Assembly (NCBI GenBank): GCA_947589575.1
Contig: CANQBM010000008.1
Coordinates: forward strand, 918-64,917
Length of the DNA: 64,000 nucleotides
Origin: an uncultured Clostridia bacterium
GTDB lineage: Bacteria; Bacillota; Clostridia; Oscillospirales; Acutalibacteraceae
Reading direction: 5' to 3'
Shown: positions 1 to 9,894 of the stretch, one piece after another
How positions within the stretch are numbered: the first letter of the stretch is position 1
How the letters are laid out: each line of letters opens with the position of its first letter
Made by a program: the position numbers and the translations under genes
The notes under the pieces: generated by a model
Seen by the model: only the letters and a program-made list of their open reading frames with translations
Told to the model about the DNA's origin: nothing
The model's database searches: none

Positions 1-1
1 G

Positions 2-229
2 TTCTTCGTAACAGGTCACAGTGAATATGACAGAGAAACGCTTGCCAAAGAATATTTTAGGGACAAGGCTAAGGGGATAGATGTTGATATTCCGTATAAC
101 TATTTCCCTGACAACGATGAAAACGCGGTTCCCGTTATGAGCTGGAAAAGCAGTGCAAGCCTTATTTTCTCAAACTGGCTTAACTATTTCGTATACCAGA
201 AAACGCCGTATGATTTAAGCCAGTTATAA
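2..229 (+). CDS. metA: Homoserine O-acyltransferase, 3' end (truncated by window edge)
   Basis: Manual translation of frame 2: [18 protein letters not shown]...PYNYFP...[25 protein letters not shown], the MetA C-terminus including the GHxEY catalytic motif. Confidence 0.92.
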   Translation, partial: FFVTGHSEYDRETLAKEYFRDKAKGIDVDIPYNYFPDNDENAVPVMSWKSSASLIFSNWLNYFVYQKTPYDLSQL

Positions 230-279
230 TATGTATAATCAATAAAAAACACAAGGTATTCAAAAATACTTTGTGTTTT

Positions 280-936
280 TTATTCCATAAGATGTCTTAA
301 TTTGAGAAGTATTGCCTTTTCCTTTCTTGAAATCTGTACCTGTGATACGCCAAGCGCTTTTGCGGTTTTTGACTGTGTGTATCCCTTATAATATCTCAAG
401 TCTATAATCATACGTTCCGTATTATCCAGATGCTCCATAAGCTGATGGACAGACAGCCTGTCAAAGAGCATATCGCTTTCGTCTATCGGTATATCAATGG
501 TATTCTCTCCGTCCTCACCGCAGGAATTAAGTGATACCATCGGTGAAATAACATTGAGTATTTCCGCAGTTTCCTCAACTGTACAGCATAGAAGCTGAGC
601 CATTTCGGATACAGTCGGCTCTCTGAGTTCTCTTTTTATAAATTTATCCCTGAGCGACTGAGCCTTAATTGCCTTTTCCTTTAATGAACGGCTTACTTTT
701 ATTGCGCCGCCGTCACGGAATATACGTTTAATTTCTCCCATTATTACAGGTACTGCATAAGTTGAAAAGGCAAATCCTTTTGACTCGTCAAAATTGTCAA
801 CAGCTTTTATCAGACCTACGCATCCGCTTTGAAACAAATCGTCATAATCGGCTCCCCTGCCGCGAAACCGGTTTGCTATTGAGTGGACAAGTCCGATATT
901 CTGATTTATCATTTTTTCCCTGGTATCAGTTACCAT
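280..936 (-). CDS. sigF: Sporulation sigma factor F (SpoIIAC)
   Basis: DDLFQSGCVGLIKAVDNFD, FSTYAVPVIMGEIKR, region 4 TQSKTAKALGVSQVQISRKEK; third gene of the spoIIA operon. Confidence 0.9.
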   Translation of the reverse strand: MVTDTREKMINQNIGLVHSIANRFRGRGADYDDLFQSGCVGLIKAVDNFDESKGFAFSTYAVPVIMGEIKRIFRDGGAIKVSRSLKEKAIKAQSLRDKFIKRELREPTVSEMAQLLCCTVEETAEILNVISPMVSLNSCGEDGENTIDIPIDESDMLFDRLSVHQLMEHLDNTERMIIDLRYYKGYTQSKTAKALGVSQVQISRKEKAILLKLRHLME

Positions 937-1364
937 TTTGATTTCCCTTCAATTTTCTTTGAAAGGTATACTGTGGTACCCATGTCCTGCTTTGACCTAA
1001 CCTTTACAGAATCGCAGAAGCTCTCCATGACGGTAAATCCGAGACCTGCCCTGTCGCCCTCGCCTGTTGTAAAGAGAGGCGTCATAGCCTGACTTATATC
1101 GCTTATACCGCAGCCCTTATCACGTATAGTTATTTTTACAACATTCTTTTCATCAACTGAACCTGTTATGTAAATTTTTCCGTATGTATTTTTATATCCG
1201 TGAACAATACAGTTTGTCACCGCCTCGCTTACGGCGGTTTTTAAATCCGCAATTTCCTCAAGCGTGGGGTCAAGCGGTGTTACAAACGAGGAAACGACTA
1301 CCCTTGCAAACGCCTCGTTGATACTTTTACTGTCAACAGTCAGTTTAAATTCGTTAATCTTCAT
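930..1364 (-). CDS. spoIIAB: Anti-sigma F factor / kinase
   Basis: NEAFARVVV, IKTAVSEAVTN-like (LKTAVSEAVTNCIVHGY), RDKGCGI, GLGFTVMESF GHKL motifs. Confidence 0.95.
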   Translation of the reverse strand: MKINEFKLTVDSKSINEAFARVVVSSFVTPLDPTLEEIADLKTAVSEAVTNCIVHGYKNTYGKIYITGSVDEKNVVKITIRDKGCGISDISQAMTPLFTTGEGDRAGLGFTVMESFCDSVKVRSKQDMGTTVYLSKKIEGKSKW

Positions 1365-1686
1365 CTCTTTTATACTCCTTAATAATTGCTATTCTGCCGA
1401 GTCCGGCAAGCTCCATAATTTTTTTTGTTTGAGGGGTAACATTTTTTATTTCCAAACCGGCGCTTGTTGATATACTTTGCAGAAGCCTGTATCTGCCCAT
1501 CACTAATCCTATGCCTGACGAATCCATAAAGGTGACGTTTCTGAAATCAAGTATAAGGTGATTTGGTTTTTTAAATTTTATAATACTGTCAATTTTTTCT
1601 CTGACCTGTACCGCAGTATGATGGTCAATTTCGCCTATAAGATACGCGATAACTATGCTGCCGCTCGCCTCAATAGTCACATTCAT
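1354..1686 (-). CDS. spoIIAA: Anti-anti-sigma F factor (STAS)
   Basis: GEIDHH and VTFMDSSGIGLVMGRY (phospho-Ser motif). Confidence 0.95.
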   Translation of the reverse strand: MNVTIEASGSIVIAYLIGEIDHHTAVQVREKIDSIIKFKKPNHLILDFRNVTFMDSSGIGLVMGRYRLLQSISTSAGLEIKNVTPQTKKIMELAGLGRIAIIKEYKRDED

Positions 1687-1776
1687 TATTTTTCACTCCA
1701 TTAAAAAAACCAGTCTGCAACAATAGTAGCAGATTGGTTTTAAATATTTTATCGTATTTTGTATTTAAACAATCTT

Positions 1777-2880
1777 TTATAAGCTGAGCAAAATTTCCCT
1801 CACATCTCTTGCAAGGAAAAATGAACCGCAAACCAAAAGAAAGTCGTATTCTGCATTTTTTACAGCCTCAGTTGGATTAGATACTGCTTTAACATTATCA
1901 CAATAATTTAGAGCCGTCCGCTTTAATTCGTCAGCTGGTAACGAACGCTCATTATTCGGCGTTGTTGTGATAACTTCGGAAACATACAAAGAAAGCGCTT
2001 TTAAATACGAGTCAGCGTCCTTATCCCTCATCATACCGACAACAGCCGTTATTTTTCTTTTCGGAAGACGCTTTACAAGCGCTTTTACGGCGTCAATATT
2101 ATGACCTCCGTCAAGCATAATGCTGCCGTTAATCATTTCCTGCCTTGCAGGCAGTGACGGAATTACAATATTGCTTTTAAAGCCGAGCGCAGACAGAGCT
2201 GTTTTAACTGTTTCAATATTATTTTGCTCAAAATCTCGCTTATTTTCGACCTTATAAATTTTCGCGTTCAAGTCACGGCAACGTCTGTCAAAGATATGCT
2301 CACAGGCAGGGTTAGGATATAATACGACTCTCCCGTTTTGTTTTATTATTCCCGCCTTCTGAAGCGCTATTTCTTCAATGGTATTTCCTAAAAAATTTGT
2401 GTGGTCAATAGAAACGGAGGTTATTACAGATAAGAGTGTATTATTTACCGCGTTTGTTGAATCCTCAAGGCCGCCCATTCCACATTCAACAACTGCGTAA
2501 TCCACCCTGCTGTCATAAAAATATTTATAAGCAATCGCCGTAAGCAGTTCAAATTCGGTTGCATCATAAGAGGCATAAATGCTGACATATTCTGCAAGTT
2601 CTTCCTCAGTAATAAAATAGCCGTTAATCTGAATCTGCTCCCTGTAATTAATAACCCACGGTGATGTGAACAAGCCGACCTTAAAACCTAAGCTTTGCAG
2701 TGTACAGGCAATACCTGCGCTGACGGTACCCTTTCCGTTTGTACCGGCAATATGGATAACATTAATATTGTTCTGTGGATTTTCCATACGCTCCAAGAGC
2801 GCTGAAATACGGGTAAGCCCCGGCATAATACCGAGGCTTTGCTTTTTTGTTAAGATGTCAACTGCGTTTGAGTATTTCAT
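1777..2880 (-). CDS. folC: Folylpolyglutamate synthase / dihydrofolate synthase
   Basis: IHIAGTNGKGT, VVECGMGGLEDSTN, LDGGHN; directly downstream of valS. Confidence 0.92.
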   Translation of the reverse strand: MKYSNAVDILTKKQSLGIMPGLTRISALLERMENPQNNINVIHIAGTNGKGTVSAGIACTLQSLGFKVGLFTSPWVINYREQIQINGYFITEEELAEYVSIYASYDATEFELLTAIAYKYFYDSRVDYAVVECGMGGLEDSTNAVNNTLLSVITSVSIDHTNFLGNTIEEIALQKAGIIKQNGRVVLYPNPACEHIFDRRCRDLNAKIYKVENKRDFEQNNIETVKTALSALGFKSNIVIPSLPARQEMINGSIMLDGGHNIDAVKALVKRLPKRKITAVVGMMRDKDADSYLKALSLYVSEVITTTPNNERSLPADELKRTALNYCDNVKAVSNPTEAVKNAEYDFLLVCGSFFLARDVREILLSL

Positions 2881-5517
2881 TTATTTACCGAGTGTATCAA
2901 TAGAATTTTTAATGTTTGCAATCTTTTCCTCAAGTTTCAAAGCATCCTCCCTGTTCTGAGCAACGACCTTTTCGGGCGCTTTGCTGACAAAACCGGGGTT
3001 TGAGAGCTTTTTGTTAATAAAATCAAGTTTATCCTGTGCTTGAGCAAGTTCCTTTTCAAGGCGTTTTCTCTCTGCATCAAAATCAACAAGGTCGCCCATA
3101 GGAATATAAATTTTCGCATCATCGGTAATTATTGTAACCGTATTACCGAGATTGTCAAAGTTTTTTCCTACTATAACCTCATTTGCCGATGCAAGGCGCT
3201 TAATAAATTCACTGCCCATATTGAAAGTATCCGCAAATACCGTTTCAACGTAAACAGTCGCTTTTCTGCTTGGAGGAATATTCATTTCGGAACGTCTGTT
3301 TCTGATAGCTTTAATTGCTTTCATAATTCTTTCCGTTTCAGTCTCTTGAGCTGTAAATGAAAGAGACTCGTCAAAGCTTACCCATTCTGAAATCATAATT
3401 GACTCATCACTGTGAGGAATAGCCTGATAAATTTCCTCTGTAATAAACGGCATAAACGGGTGAAGAAGTTTTAAAATATCTGTCAGAACATATACAAGCA
3501 CAGATTTTGCGGTATTCTTCTCCTGGTCGTTTTCTCCCTGAAGCCTGATTTTTGCAAGCTCTATATACCAGTCGCAGAAAACATCCCAAATAAAATCATA
3601 AAGCTTTTGAATCGCAATACCGAGTTCAAACTTTTCAAGATTATCCGTAACCTCTTTTGCGAGAGCATTAACCTTTGAAACAATCCACTTGTCCTCTATT
3701 GCAAGATTTTCAGGTAATCCGTTATATTCAAATTCATCGGTAAGGTACATAAGGACAAATCTCGCGGCATTCCACAGTTTATTTGCAAAATTACGCGAAG
3801 CCTTTACCTTATCGTCCGAAAAACGCATATCATTGCCGGGCGAATTACCTGTCGCGAGCGTAAATCTGAGAGCATCCGCACCGTACTTGTCAATTATTTC
3901 AAGAGGGTCAATTCCGTTGCCGAGCGACTTACTCATCTTTCTTCCCTGTGCGTCACGCACAAGACCGTGAATCAAAACCGTATCAAACGGAACATTACCC
4001 GTATGTTCAACGGCGGAGAAAATCATCCTTGCAACCCAGAAGAAAATAATATCATATCCTGTTACAAGCGTGTTGGTAGGATAGAAATATTTGAGCTCCT
4101 CCGTGTTATCCGGAAAGCCTAATGTTGAAAATGGCCACAGCGCAGAGGAAAACCAAGTGTCAAGAGTATCCGGATCCTGATGAATATGCACGCTGCCGCA
4201 ATGAGAACAACGCTGTGCATCTTCCTTGGAAACAGTAACTTTTCCGCAGTCATCACAATACCACGCAGGAATACGGTGCCCCCACCAGAGCTGACGTGAA
4301 ATACACCAGTCCTTGATGTTCTCCATCCAGTGATAGTATATCTTATTAAAGCGTTCGGGAACAAACTTAACCTTTCCGTTTTTAACAACATTAATTGCGG
4401 GCTTTGCAAGCGGCTCCATTTTAACGAACCACTGCTTTGAAAGTCTCGGCTCAATAGAGGTGTGGCAGCGGTAGCAGGTACCTACATTATGGCTGTAGTC
4501 CTCAATCTCAATGAGAGCGCCCTCAGCCTCCAAATCCTTAACTATCTCCTTACGGCACTCATATCTGTCCATGCCTGAATATTTGCCCCAACCGTCTGCA
4601 ATATGGCCGTCGTCTGTCATAACGTCGATTATTTCGAGGTTATGGCGCAGACCAACCTCATAGTCGTTAGGGTCGTGGGCAGGCGTAATTTTAACAACTC
4701 CCGTACCGAACTCAATATCAACATAATCGTCAGAAATAACGGGAATTTCTCTGTGAACAATCGGGAGTATGAGCGTTTTTCCGATTATATCACGGTATCT
4801 TTCATCATTCGGATTTACAGCAACGGCAGTATCGCCGAGAAGTGTTTCAGGTCTTGTCGTGGCAAGTTCAACATAGCCTGTGCCGTCCTTGAACGGATAA
4901 CGCAGATGCCAGAAATGACCTGCCTGATCCTCATATTCAACCTCTGCGTCAGAAATGGTAGTACAGCAGTGGGGACACCAGTTAACCATACGCTTGCCCT
5001 GATAAATAAGACCTTTTTCATAGAGATTTACGAAAACCTCACGTACTGCTTTTGAACAGCCCTCATCAAGAGTAAACCTCTCCCTGTCCCAGTCGCACGA
5101 CGAACCCATCTTTTTAAGCTGTTCAATTATGCGTGAGCCATACTGCTCCTTCCAAGCCCAAGCACGTTCAAGAAAACCGTCACGACCTATATCATCCTTA
5201 GTGACGCCCTCCTTACGCATAGCCTCAACAATCTTTGCCTCAGTAGCAATGGACGCGTGGTCTGTGCCGGGAAGCCATAATGCCTCATAACCCTGCATTC
5301 TTCTGAAACGTATAAGAATATCCTGAAGAGTATTATCAAGCGCATGCCCCATATGAAGCTGACCCGTGATATTCGGAGGCGGAATAACTATTGTATACGG
5401 CTTTTTCTCAGGATTAACCTGCGCATGAAAATATTTATTATCACACCAAAATTTATAGGTACGTTCCTCAACGTCCTTTGGGTCGTACTGCTTTGCAAGT
5501 TCCTTTGACATAATCAA
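2881..5517 (-). CDS. valS: Valyl-tRNA synthetase
   Basis: [13 protein letters not shown] (HIGH), [17 protein letters not shown]-terminal coiled coil; Val T-box upstream. Confidence 0.98.
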   Translation of the reverse strand: MIMSKELAKQYDPKDVEERTYKFWCDNKYFHAQVNPEKKPYTIVIPPPNITGQLHMGHALDNTLQDILIRFRRMQGYEALWLPGTDHASIATEAKIVEAMRKEGVTKDDIGRDGFLERAWAWKEQYGSRIIEQLKKMGSSCDWDRERFTLDEGCSKAVREVFVNLYEKGLIYQGKRMVNWCPHCCTTISDAEVEYEDQAGHFWHLRYPFKDGTGYVELATTRPETLLGDTAVAVNPNDERYRDIIGKTLILPIVHREIPVISDDYVDIEFGTGVVKITPAHDPNDYEVGLRHNLEIIDVMTDDGHIADGWGKYSGMDRYECRKEIVKDLEAEGALIEIEDYSHNVGTCYRCHTSIEPRLSKQWFVKMEPLAKPAINVVKNGKVKFVPERFNKIYYHWMENIKDWCISRQLWWGHRIPAWYCDDCGKVTVSKEDAQRCSHCGSVHIHQDPDTLDTWFSSALWPFSTLGFPDNTEELKYFYPTNTLVTGYDIIFFWVARMIFSAVEHTGNVPFDTVLIHGLVRDAQGRKMSKSLGNGIDPLEIIDKYGADALRFTLATGNSPGNDMRFSDDKVKASRNFANKLWNAARFVLMYLTDEFEYNGLPENLAIEDKWIVSKVNALAKEVTDNLEKFELGIAIQKLYDFIWDVFCDWYIELAKIRLQGENDQEKNTAKSVLVYVLTDILKLLHPFMPFITEEIYQAIPHSDESIMISEWVSFDESLSFTAQETETERIMKAIKAIRNRRSEMNIPPSRKATVYVETVFADTFNMGSEFIKRLASANEVIVGKNFDNLGNTVTIITDDAKIYIPMGDLVDFDAERKRLEKELAQAQDKLDFINKKLSNPGFVSKAPEKVVAQNREDALKLEEKIANIKNSIDTLGK

Positions 5518-5539
5518 AACTCCTTAATCTTTTGTAAAT

Positions 5540-5778
5540 AAAAAAAACGCCTTCATCTCACAATGAGACGAAAGCATAAAACTCCGTGGTACCACTCAAA
5601 TTGCATTTATATAAAATGCCGCTCAAACCCTTAACGCAGGCATACGGACAGAGCTAATAGTTCACCGTTCACCCTGCCGGCTCAAAAGCTACCTTCACAT
5701 ACCCTTTCTGTACCCTTTCACCAAACGGATACTCTCTGAAAGAAGCAGGCATGCTACTCCTCTTTATCCCAGCCGTTA
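5540..5778 (-). promoter_or_regulatory. T-box riboswitch (Val specifier) with terminator
   Basis: Minus strand: GGGATAAAGAGGAGTAG stem I start; GAAG-GUA-GC specifier (GUA = Val, 5690-5692); T-box AATTTGAGTGGTACCACGG (about 5584-5602); hairpin plus U-tract (about 5540-5575). Confidence 0.92.
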
Positions 5779-5790
5779 GATATTGAAATA

Positions 5791-5819
5791 ATATTAACAA
5801 AAATATTTTAAGTTGTCAA
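5791..5819 (-). promoter_or_regulatory. Sigma-A promoter of T-box-valS-folC
   Basis: TTGACA (5814-5819)-17 nt-TAATAT (5791-5796). Confidence 0.75.
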
Positions 5820-5841
5820 GTAAGTAAATATAATGTATAAT
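5813..5841 (+). promoter_or_regulatory. Sigma-A promoter of GNAT gene
   Basis: TTGTCA (5813-5818)-17 nt-TATAAT (5836-5841). Confidence 0.7.
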
Positions 5842-5861
5842 CAAATTAGGGAGGGGTTATT

Positions 5862-6296
5862 ATGATACGTGAAATAAACGAAAACGATTTTGAAGGCTTA
5901 AGCAGACTGTATACGCATCTTCACAGCAATCCACCCATTCCCGAAAACGATGAAACAAAAAGACTTTGGGAACAAATTTTAAATGATAAAAGCCATCATA
6001 TAATAATCTGTGAAATTGATAATAAAATTGTGTCCTCCTGCGTATGCGTAATTATCCCGAATCTCACACACAACCAGCAGCCGTACGCAGTTATTGAAAA
6101 TGTTGTTACAGACAAGAAATACAGAAAAAAGGGATATGCCACACAATGCCTTGATTACGCCAAAGAAATCGCTAAGAAAGAAAACTGCTATAAAATGATG
6201 CTTATGACAGGCTCGCGAAAAAGGAGCACGCATAGATTTTACCAAAAGGCAGGATATAATAAAATAGAAAAGACAGCTTATATACAAAGAATATAA
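5862..6296 (+). CDS. GNAT family N-acetyltransferase
   Basis: IENVVTDKKYRKKGYA acetyl-CoA binding motif A; THRFYQKAGY. Confidence 0.9.
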   Translation: MIREINENDFEGLSRLYTHLHSNPPIPENDETKRLWEQILNDKSHHIIICEIDNKIVSSCVCVIIPNLTHNQQPYAVIENVVTDKKYRKKGYATQCLDYAKEIAKKENCYKMMLMTGSRKRSTHRFYQKAGYNKIEKTAYIQRI

Positions 6297-6338
6297 AAAG
6301 CAACCGCCTTACCGAACAGGAAAAGGCGGTTGCTTTTT
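6296..6338. terminator. Bidirectional intrinsic terminator (GNAT / uxaA)
   Basis: AAAAGCAACCGCCTT...AAGGCGGTTGCTTTT between convergent genes. Confidence 0.85.
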
Positions 6339-7811
6339 CTACATTATTACTCCGTCTTTGAAAATTGATATTTCCCGGTAGCCGTTCTCTTCATTCCTCG
6401 TCTTTTTTCCTGACGCGACGGAAATTATGAGGTCAAGAAGATTATCGGTAAGCATACCGGCGTCGCAACCGTTTAAAAGCACACCCGCATTGAAATCAAT
6501 CCAGTTTTTCTTTTTCTGCATAAGCTGAGTATTTGACGATATTTTCAATGTCGGAACAGGAGCGCCCAGCGGCGTTCCCCTGCCTGTTGTAAAAATAATC
6601 ATATGCGCTCCGGAGGCTGTCAGATTTGTTGTTGAAACAATATCGTTGCCCGGACCTGTAAGCAGATTAAGACCCGATTTTTTACATTTTTCTCCGTAAT
6701 TTAGAACATCCGTAACAACTGCCTTTCCGCCCTTTTGAACACAACCGAGCGATTTTTCCTCAAGAGTGGTAAGTCCTCCGTCGTGATTTCCCGGTGACGG
6801 ATTTTCATAGCAGACCTGATTATGGCTTTCAAAATAGGTTTTAAAATCATTTATCATATGTACTGTTTTTTCAAAGGTTTCTCTGCTTTGAGCGCGCTCC
6901 ATAAGCAGATGCTCCGCGCCGAACATTTCAGGTACCTCCGTGAGAATCGCAGACGCTCCCATACCTGTAAGCTTATCCGTAATTCTGCCGCAAAGCGCGT
7001 TTGCTGTTATACCGCTGAATGCGTCCGAACCGCCGCATTTTAGTCCTATAATAAGTCTTCCAAGCGAAACAGGAGTACGGCTGAATTTCTTAACATATGA
7101 CTGAAGCTCTCCGAGGAGCCTTCTTCCCTCCTGAAGCTCGTCGTCACATTCCTGTGTAACAAGAAATTTCACCCTGTTTTTATCAAAACCGCCGAGATAC
7201 TTTTTAAGCGTATTGACATTAGTATTTTCACATCCTAGCGAAACGACAAGGACACCGCCGGCATTAGGATGATTAACAAGTGAGGCGAGAATTTTTCTTG
7301 TATTTTCCTGATCCTCTCCCAACTGGCTGCAACCGTACGGATGTGTATATCCGAACACTCCGTCAGTACCGTCTGAAAACTCATTCTGACCGATTTTTTC
7401 CAGCGTTCTGACAGTATTATTTATACAGCCGACGGTTGATATTATCCAGATTTCATTTCTTATGCCGACTGCGCCGTCGTCACGCACATATCCGTTAAAG
7501 GTAAGATTTGTTTTTTCGGTTTTAAAACCGTTATCACCCGAAAAAGTATAATTAAGCCTTTCGCCGAGATTTGTTTTTAAATTGTGCTCGTGAATATGGC
7601 TTCCCGCCTTTACATCACAGGAGAGATGTCCTATGGGATTTGAATATTTAATAACGCTTTCCCCTGCTTTCAAGTCCTCCAAAAGCACCTTATGACCGAA
7701 AGGAATATCGTCAAGCAGGGTAATTCCCTGCTCCGTATAACCTTTTTTAAGCGCTTCAAGGGTAATTGCAACATTATCGTTTTCATTTATTTTAAAAAGC
7801 TTATTCACCAT
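6339..7811 (-). CDS. uxaA: Altronate dehydratase
   Basis: N-terminal SAF domain (DIPFGHKV), HPYGCSQLG, LKCGGSDAFSGITAN, NPSPGN..GGLTTLEEKSLG, FTTGRGTP. Confidence 0.93.
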   Translation of the reverse strand: MVNKLFKINENDNVAITLEALKKGYTEQGITLLDDIPFGHKVLLEDLKAGESVIKYSNPIGHLSCDVKAGSHIHEHNLKTNLGERLNYTFSGDNGFKTEKTNLTFNGYVRDDGAVGIRNEIWIISTVGCINNTVRTLEKIGQNEFSDGTDGVFGYTHPYGCSQLGEDQENTRKILASLVNHPNAGGVLVVSLGCENTNVNTLKKYLGGFDKNRVKFLVTQECDDELQEGRRLLGELQSYVKKFSRTPVSLGRLIIGLKCGGSDAFSGITANALCGRITDKLTGMGASAILTEVPEMFGAEHLLMERAQSRETFEKTVHMINDFKTYFESHNQVCYENPSPGNHDGGLTTLEEKSLGCVQKGGKAVVTDVLNYGEKCKKSGLNLLTGPGNDIVSTTNLTASGAHMIIFTTGRGTPLGAPVPTLKISSNTQLMQKKKNWIDFNAGVLLNGCDAGMLTDNLLDLIISVASGKKTRNEENGYREISIFKDGVIM

Positions 7812-9225
7812 ATACCACCTCTTGAGCAGATTTTCTCATTCCGTTAATTTTGATATTGTCATAATATTTTTTAACCGTTTCATAAAGACCGTTAATCTGT
7901 GTCAAATCAATGTCCCAAAAATCTTTATTTGACAGTACCGCTTTAACAACATTATTTTCCCTATAAGCCTTTTCAAAAAAATCAAGAACATTTTTTGAAT
8001 CTTTAATTTCGTAAATTTTGCCATTCCTTTTTCCGACAAATTTTCCGTTTTCATACCTGCCGTTATAAAAATTTATCAGAACGGCAAGAGAAAAACAGAT
8101 TATGTCCGGCAGTTTACCTGCCAAATTATAATAATCAATAAGTGTACAAAGACAGCGTGTCTTAAACTTTGATACGGAATTAAGGCTTATGTCAAGGATT
8201 TTATGGTCAATAAACGGATTGCTAAATCTCTCAAGAACTGAATTTGCAAAAGTTATAAGATCATCTTCCGGTAAATTAATTGTAGGTATAACCTCTTCAA
8301 AAAGCGCCTTTTTTACATACGCGTTCATTAAACTGTCACGCATCATATCACGGACAATATCAAAGCCCATATCATATGCGCACAAGACGGACATTGTATG
8401 AGCTCCGTTTAAAATACGCACTTTTCGCGAACGGTAAGCTTTCAAATCATCAACAAAGGCGACATTTGCGTTTATACCATCAAACGGAAGAACTCTTTTT
8501 GCGTTGTCATCAGCCTGTATCAGAAAGCTCTCATACGGCTCGCAAGTCACTGCGCATTTGTCATTTTCATAATCAATATGACCTGTTACAATTCTGTCAA
8601 CAAGAGTATTGCAAAATGAACAGCTGGTCTTGACATAGTCAATAAAGTTTTCCCCTAAATTCCATAGGTTTATATACTTAATAATACAATCTCTAAGAGT
8701 ACCGCCGTTATTCTCAATAAGCTCAACAGGTAAAAAAACAAGTCCTTTTTTGCCTGCTTTGTATCTCTCAAAAAGGAGCGCTGTCATTTTTGCGGGGAAT
8801 GAAATATCCGGACTATTCTCTATTGCATCATTTTCATTAAAGCAGATACCCGCCTCAGTGGTATTTGAAATAATAATTTCAAGAGAGTCGCTTTTAAAAA
8901 GCTCAACAACGCTGTCATACTCGCCAACCGTATCAATCGCACGTGAAATACAATTAATTTCCTTAACATCGTTTATAATCCTGCCGTCATATCTGCCTCG
9001 TATTATTATATTATATTTGCAGTTCTGGCTTTTGAGAGCATTGATTACTTCAGTATTCTTCCTCGGCTGGCAGACTGCTATGCTGCCCTTATAAGCATTG
9101 ATTTCGTTTGCAAGCTGAATATAATAATCCGCAAACGCACGAAGGAAATTTCCTTCACCGAACTGTAAAATTTTAACGGGATAACCGTCAAATTTATGGC
9201 TGTACATTTCTCTGTTTTTTTCCAT
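7801..9225 (-). CDS. uxaB: Tagaturonate reductase (altronate oxidoreductase)
   Basis: LQFGEGNFLRAF, SNTTEAGI, TLVDRIVTG, KVRILNGAHT, ERFSNPFIDH. Confidence 0.93.
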   Translation of the reverse strand: MEKNREMYSHKFDGYPVKILQFGEGNFLRAFADYYIQLANEINAYKGSIAVCQPRKNTEVINALKSQNCKYNIIIRGRYDGRIINDVKEINCISRAIDTVGEYDSVVELFKSDSLEIIISNTTEAGICFNENDAIENSPDISFPAKMTALLFERYKAGKKGLVFLPVELIENNGGTLRDCIIKYINLWNLGENFIDYVKTSCSFCNTLVDRIVTGHIDYENDKCAVTCEPYESFLIQADDNAKRVLPFDGINANVAFVDDLKAYRSRKVRILNGAHTMSVLCAYDMGFDIVRDMMRDSLMNAYVKKALFEEVIPTINLPEDDLITFANSVLERFSNPFIDHKILDISLNSVSKFKTRCLCTLIDYYNLAGKLPDIICFSLAVLINFYNGRYENGKFVGKRNGKIYEIKDSKNVLDFFEKAYRENNVVKAVLSNKDFWDIDLTQINGLYETVKKYYDNIKINGMRKSAQEVVYGE

Positions 9226-9251
9226 AACTAATCCTAATAAAAAATATTATA

Positions 9252-9280
9252 ATAATTATATAGCACAATAAATTTATTTG
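9252..9280 (-). promoter_or_regulatory. Probable sigma-A promoter of uxaBA
   Basis: TTGCAA-17 nt-TATAAT on the minus strand just upstream of uxaB (coordinates approximate). Confidence 0.6.
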
Positions 9281-9284
9281 CAAC

Positions 9285-9320
9285 AAAAAACTCCCGACAC
9301 TTTTCAGTATCGGGAGAAAA
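9285..9320 (-). terminator. Intrinsic terminator upstream of the uxaB promoter
   Basis: CTCCCGA (9291-9297)/TCGGGAG (9310-9316) stem followed by a T-run on the minus strand. Confidence 0.7.
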
Positions 9321-9608
9321 TACCTTATTAAATTTTATTAACTAGTACATTGGTCTAACCTCAGATTTTATTCTCTGCAAAGTTACTAACTAGCCCATTG
9401 GAATTCACCTTGAATTTATTTTATATTCCGGCATCCAGCCACAAATTATCAGCAGGAAAATAATCAAAAAATCTATATATAAAAGTTATTTAATTGTCAT
9501 TGCGCTCGATGTAATTACCAACCCTGCTAAATAACTTTTAATTACTTTTAAAGTTTGTATCCGTTAGTAAATTCCGTTTTTACTACTGTCGATACTATTT
9601 CCGTTATT

Positions 9609-9656
9609 CTATTGGATTACATTACGAGCGCTTGTCTGATCTGGTTCAAAATCCAT
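9609..9656 (-). other. 15-codon micro-ORF or pseudogene start (MDFEPDQTSARNVIQ*)
   Basis: AAGGAGG (9665-9671) 8 nt before ATG (9654-9656); TAG at 9609-9611. Confidence 0.4.
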
Positions 9657-9745
9657 TGGACAAGCCTCCTTTATTTTATTGAACAAGCGTTTCTATCTAT
9701 AAACCTCTAACTTCTTCCTAAAGGTTATCTCCTTTGTTCAACTAA

Positions 9746-9774
9746 ATAATAGCACACCTTTTATCAAATGTCAA
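9746..9774 (-). promoter_or_regulatory. Sigma-A promoter with extended -10, driving an orphan unit
   Basis: TTGACA (9769-9774)-17 nt-TATTAT (9746-9751) preceded by TGc. Confidence 0.7.
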
Positions 9775-9844
9775 TAGTTTTTTTAAACATTTTTTTGTTT
9801 TTTTGTACAAGTTCTATATAAGCCTATTTACAATTAATTACTAT

Positions 9845-9873
9845 TGACGAAAGGAACACAAAAAGATATAATA
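9845..9873 (+). promoter_or_regulatory. Sigma-A promoter of DUF1292 gene
   Basis: TTGACG-17 nt-TATAAT. Confidence 0.7.
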
Positions 9874-9894
9874 TAATTCATAAAGGAAAGGCAA

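Noticed and set aside
9321-9608. Read-through or recoded continuation of the micro-ORF
   Set aside because: The same frame contains TAG, TAA and TGA stops and gives no recognisable protein.
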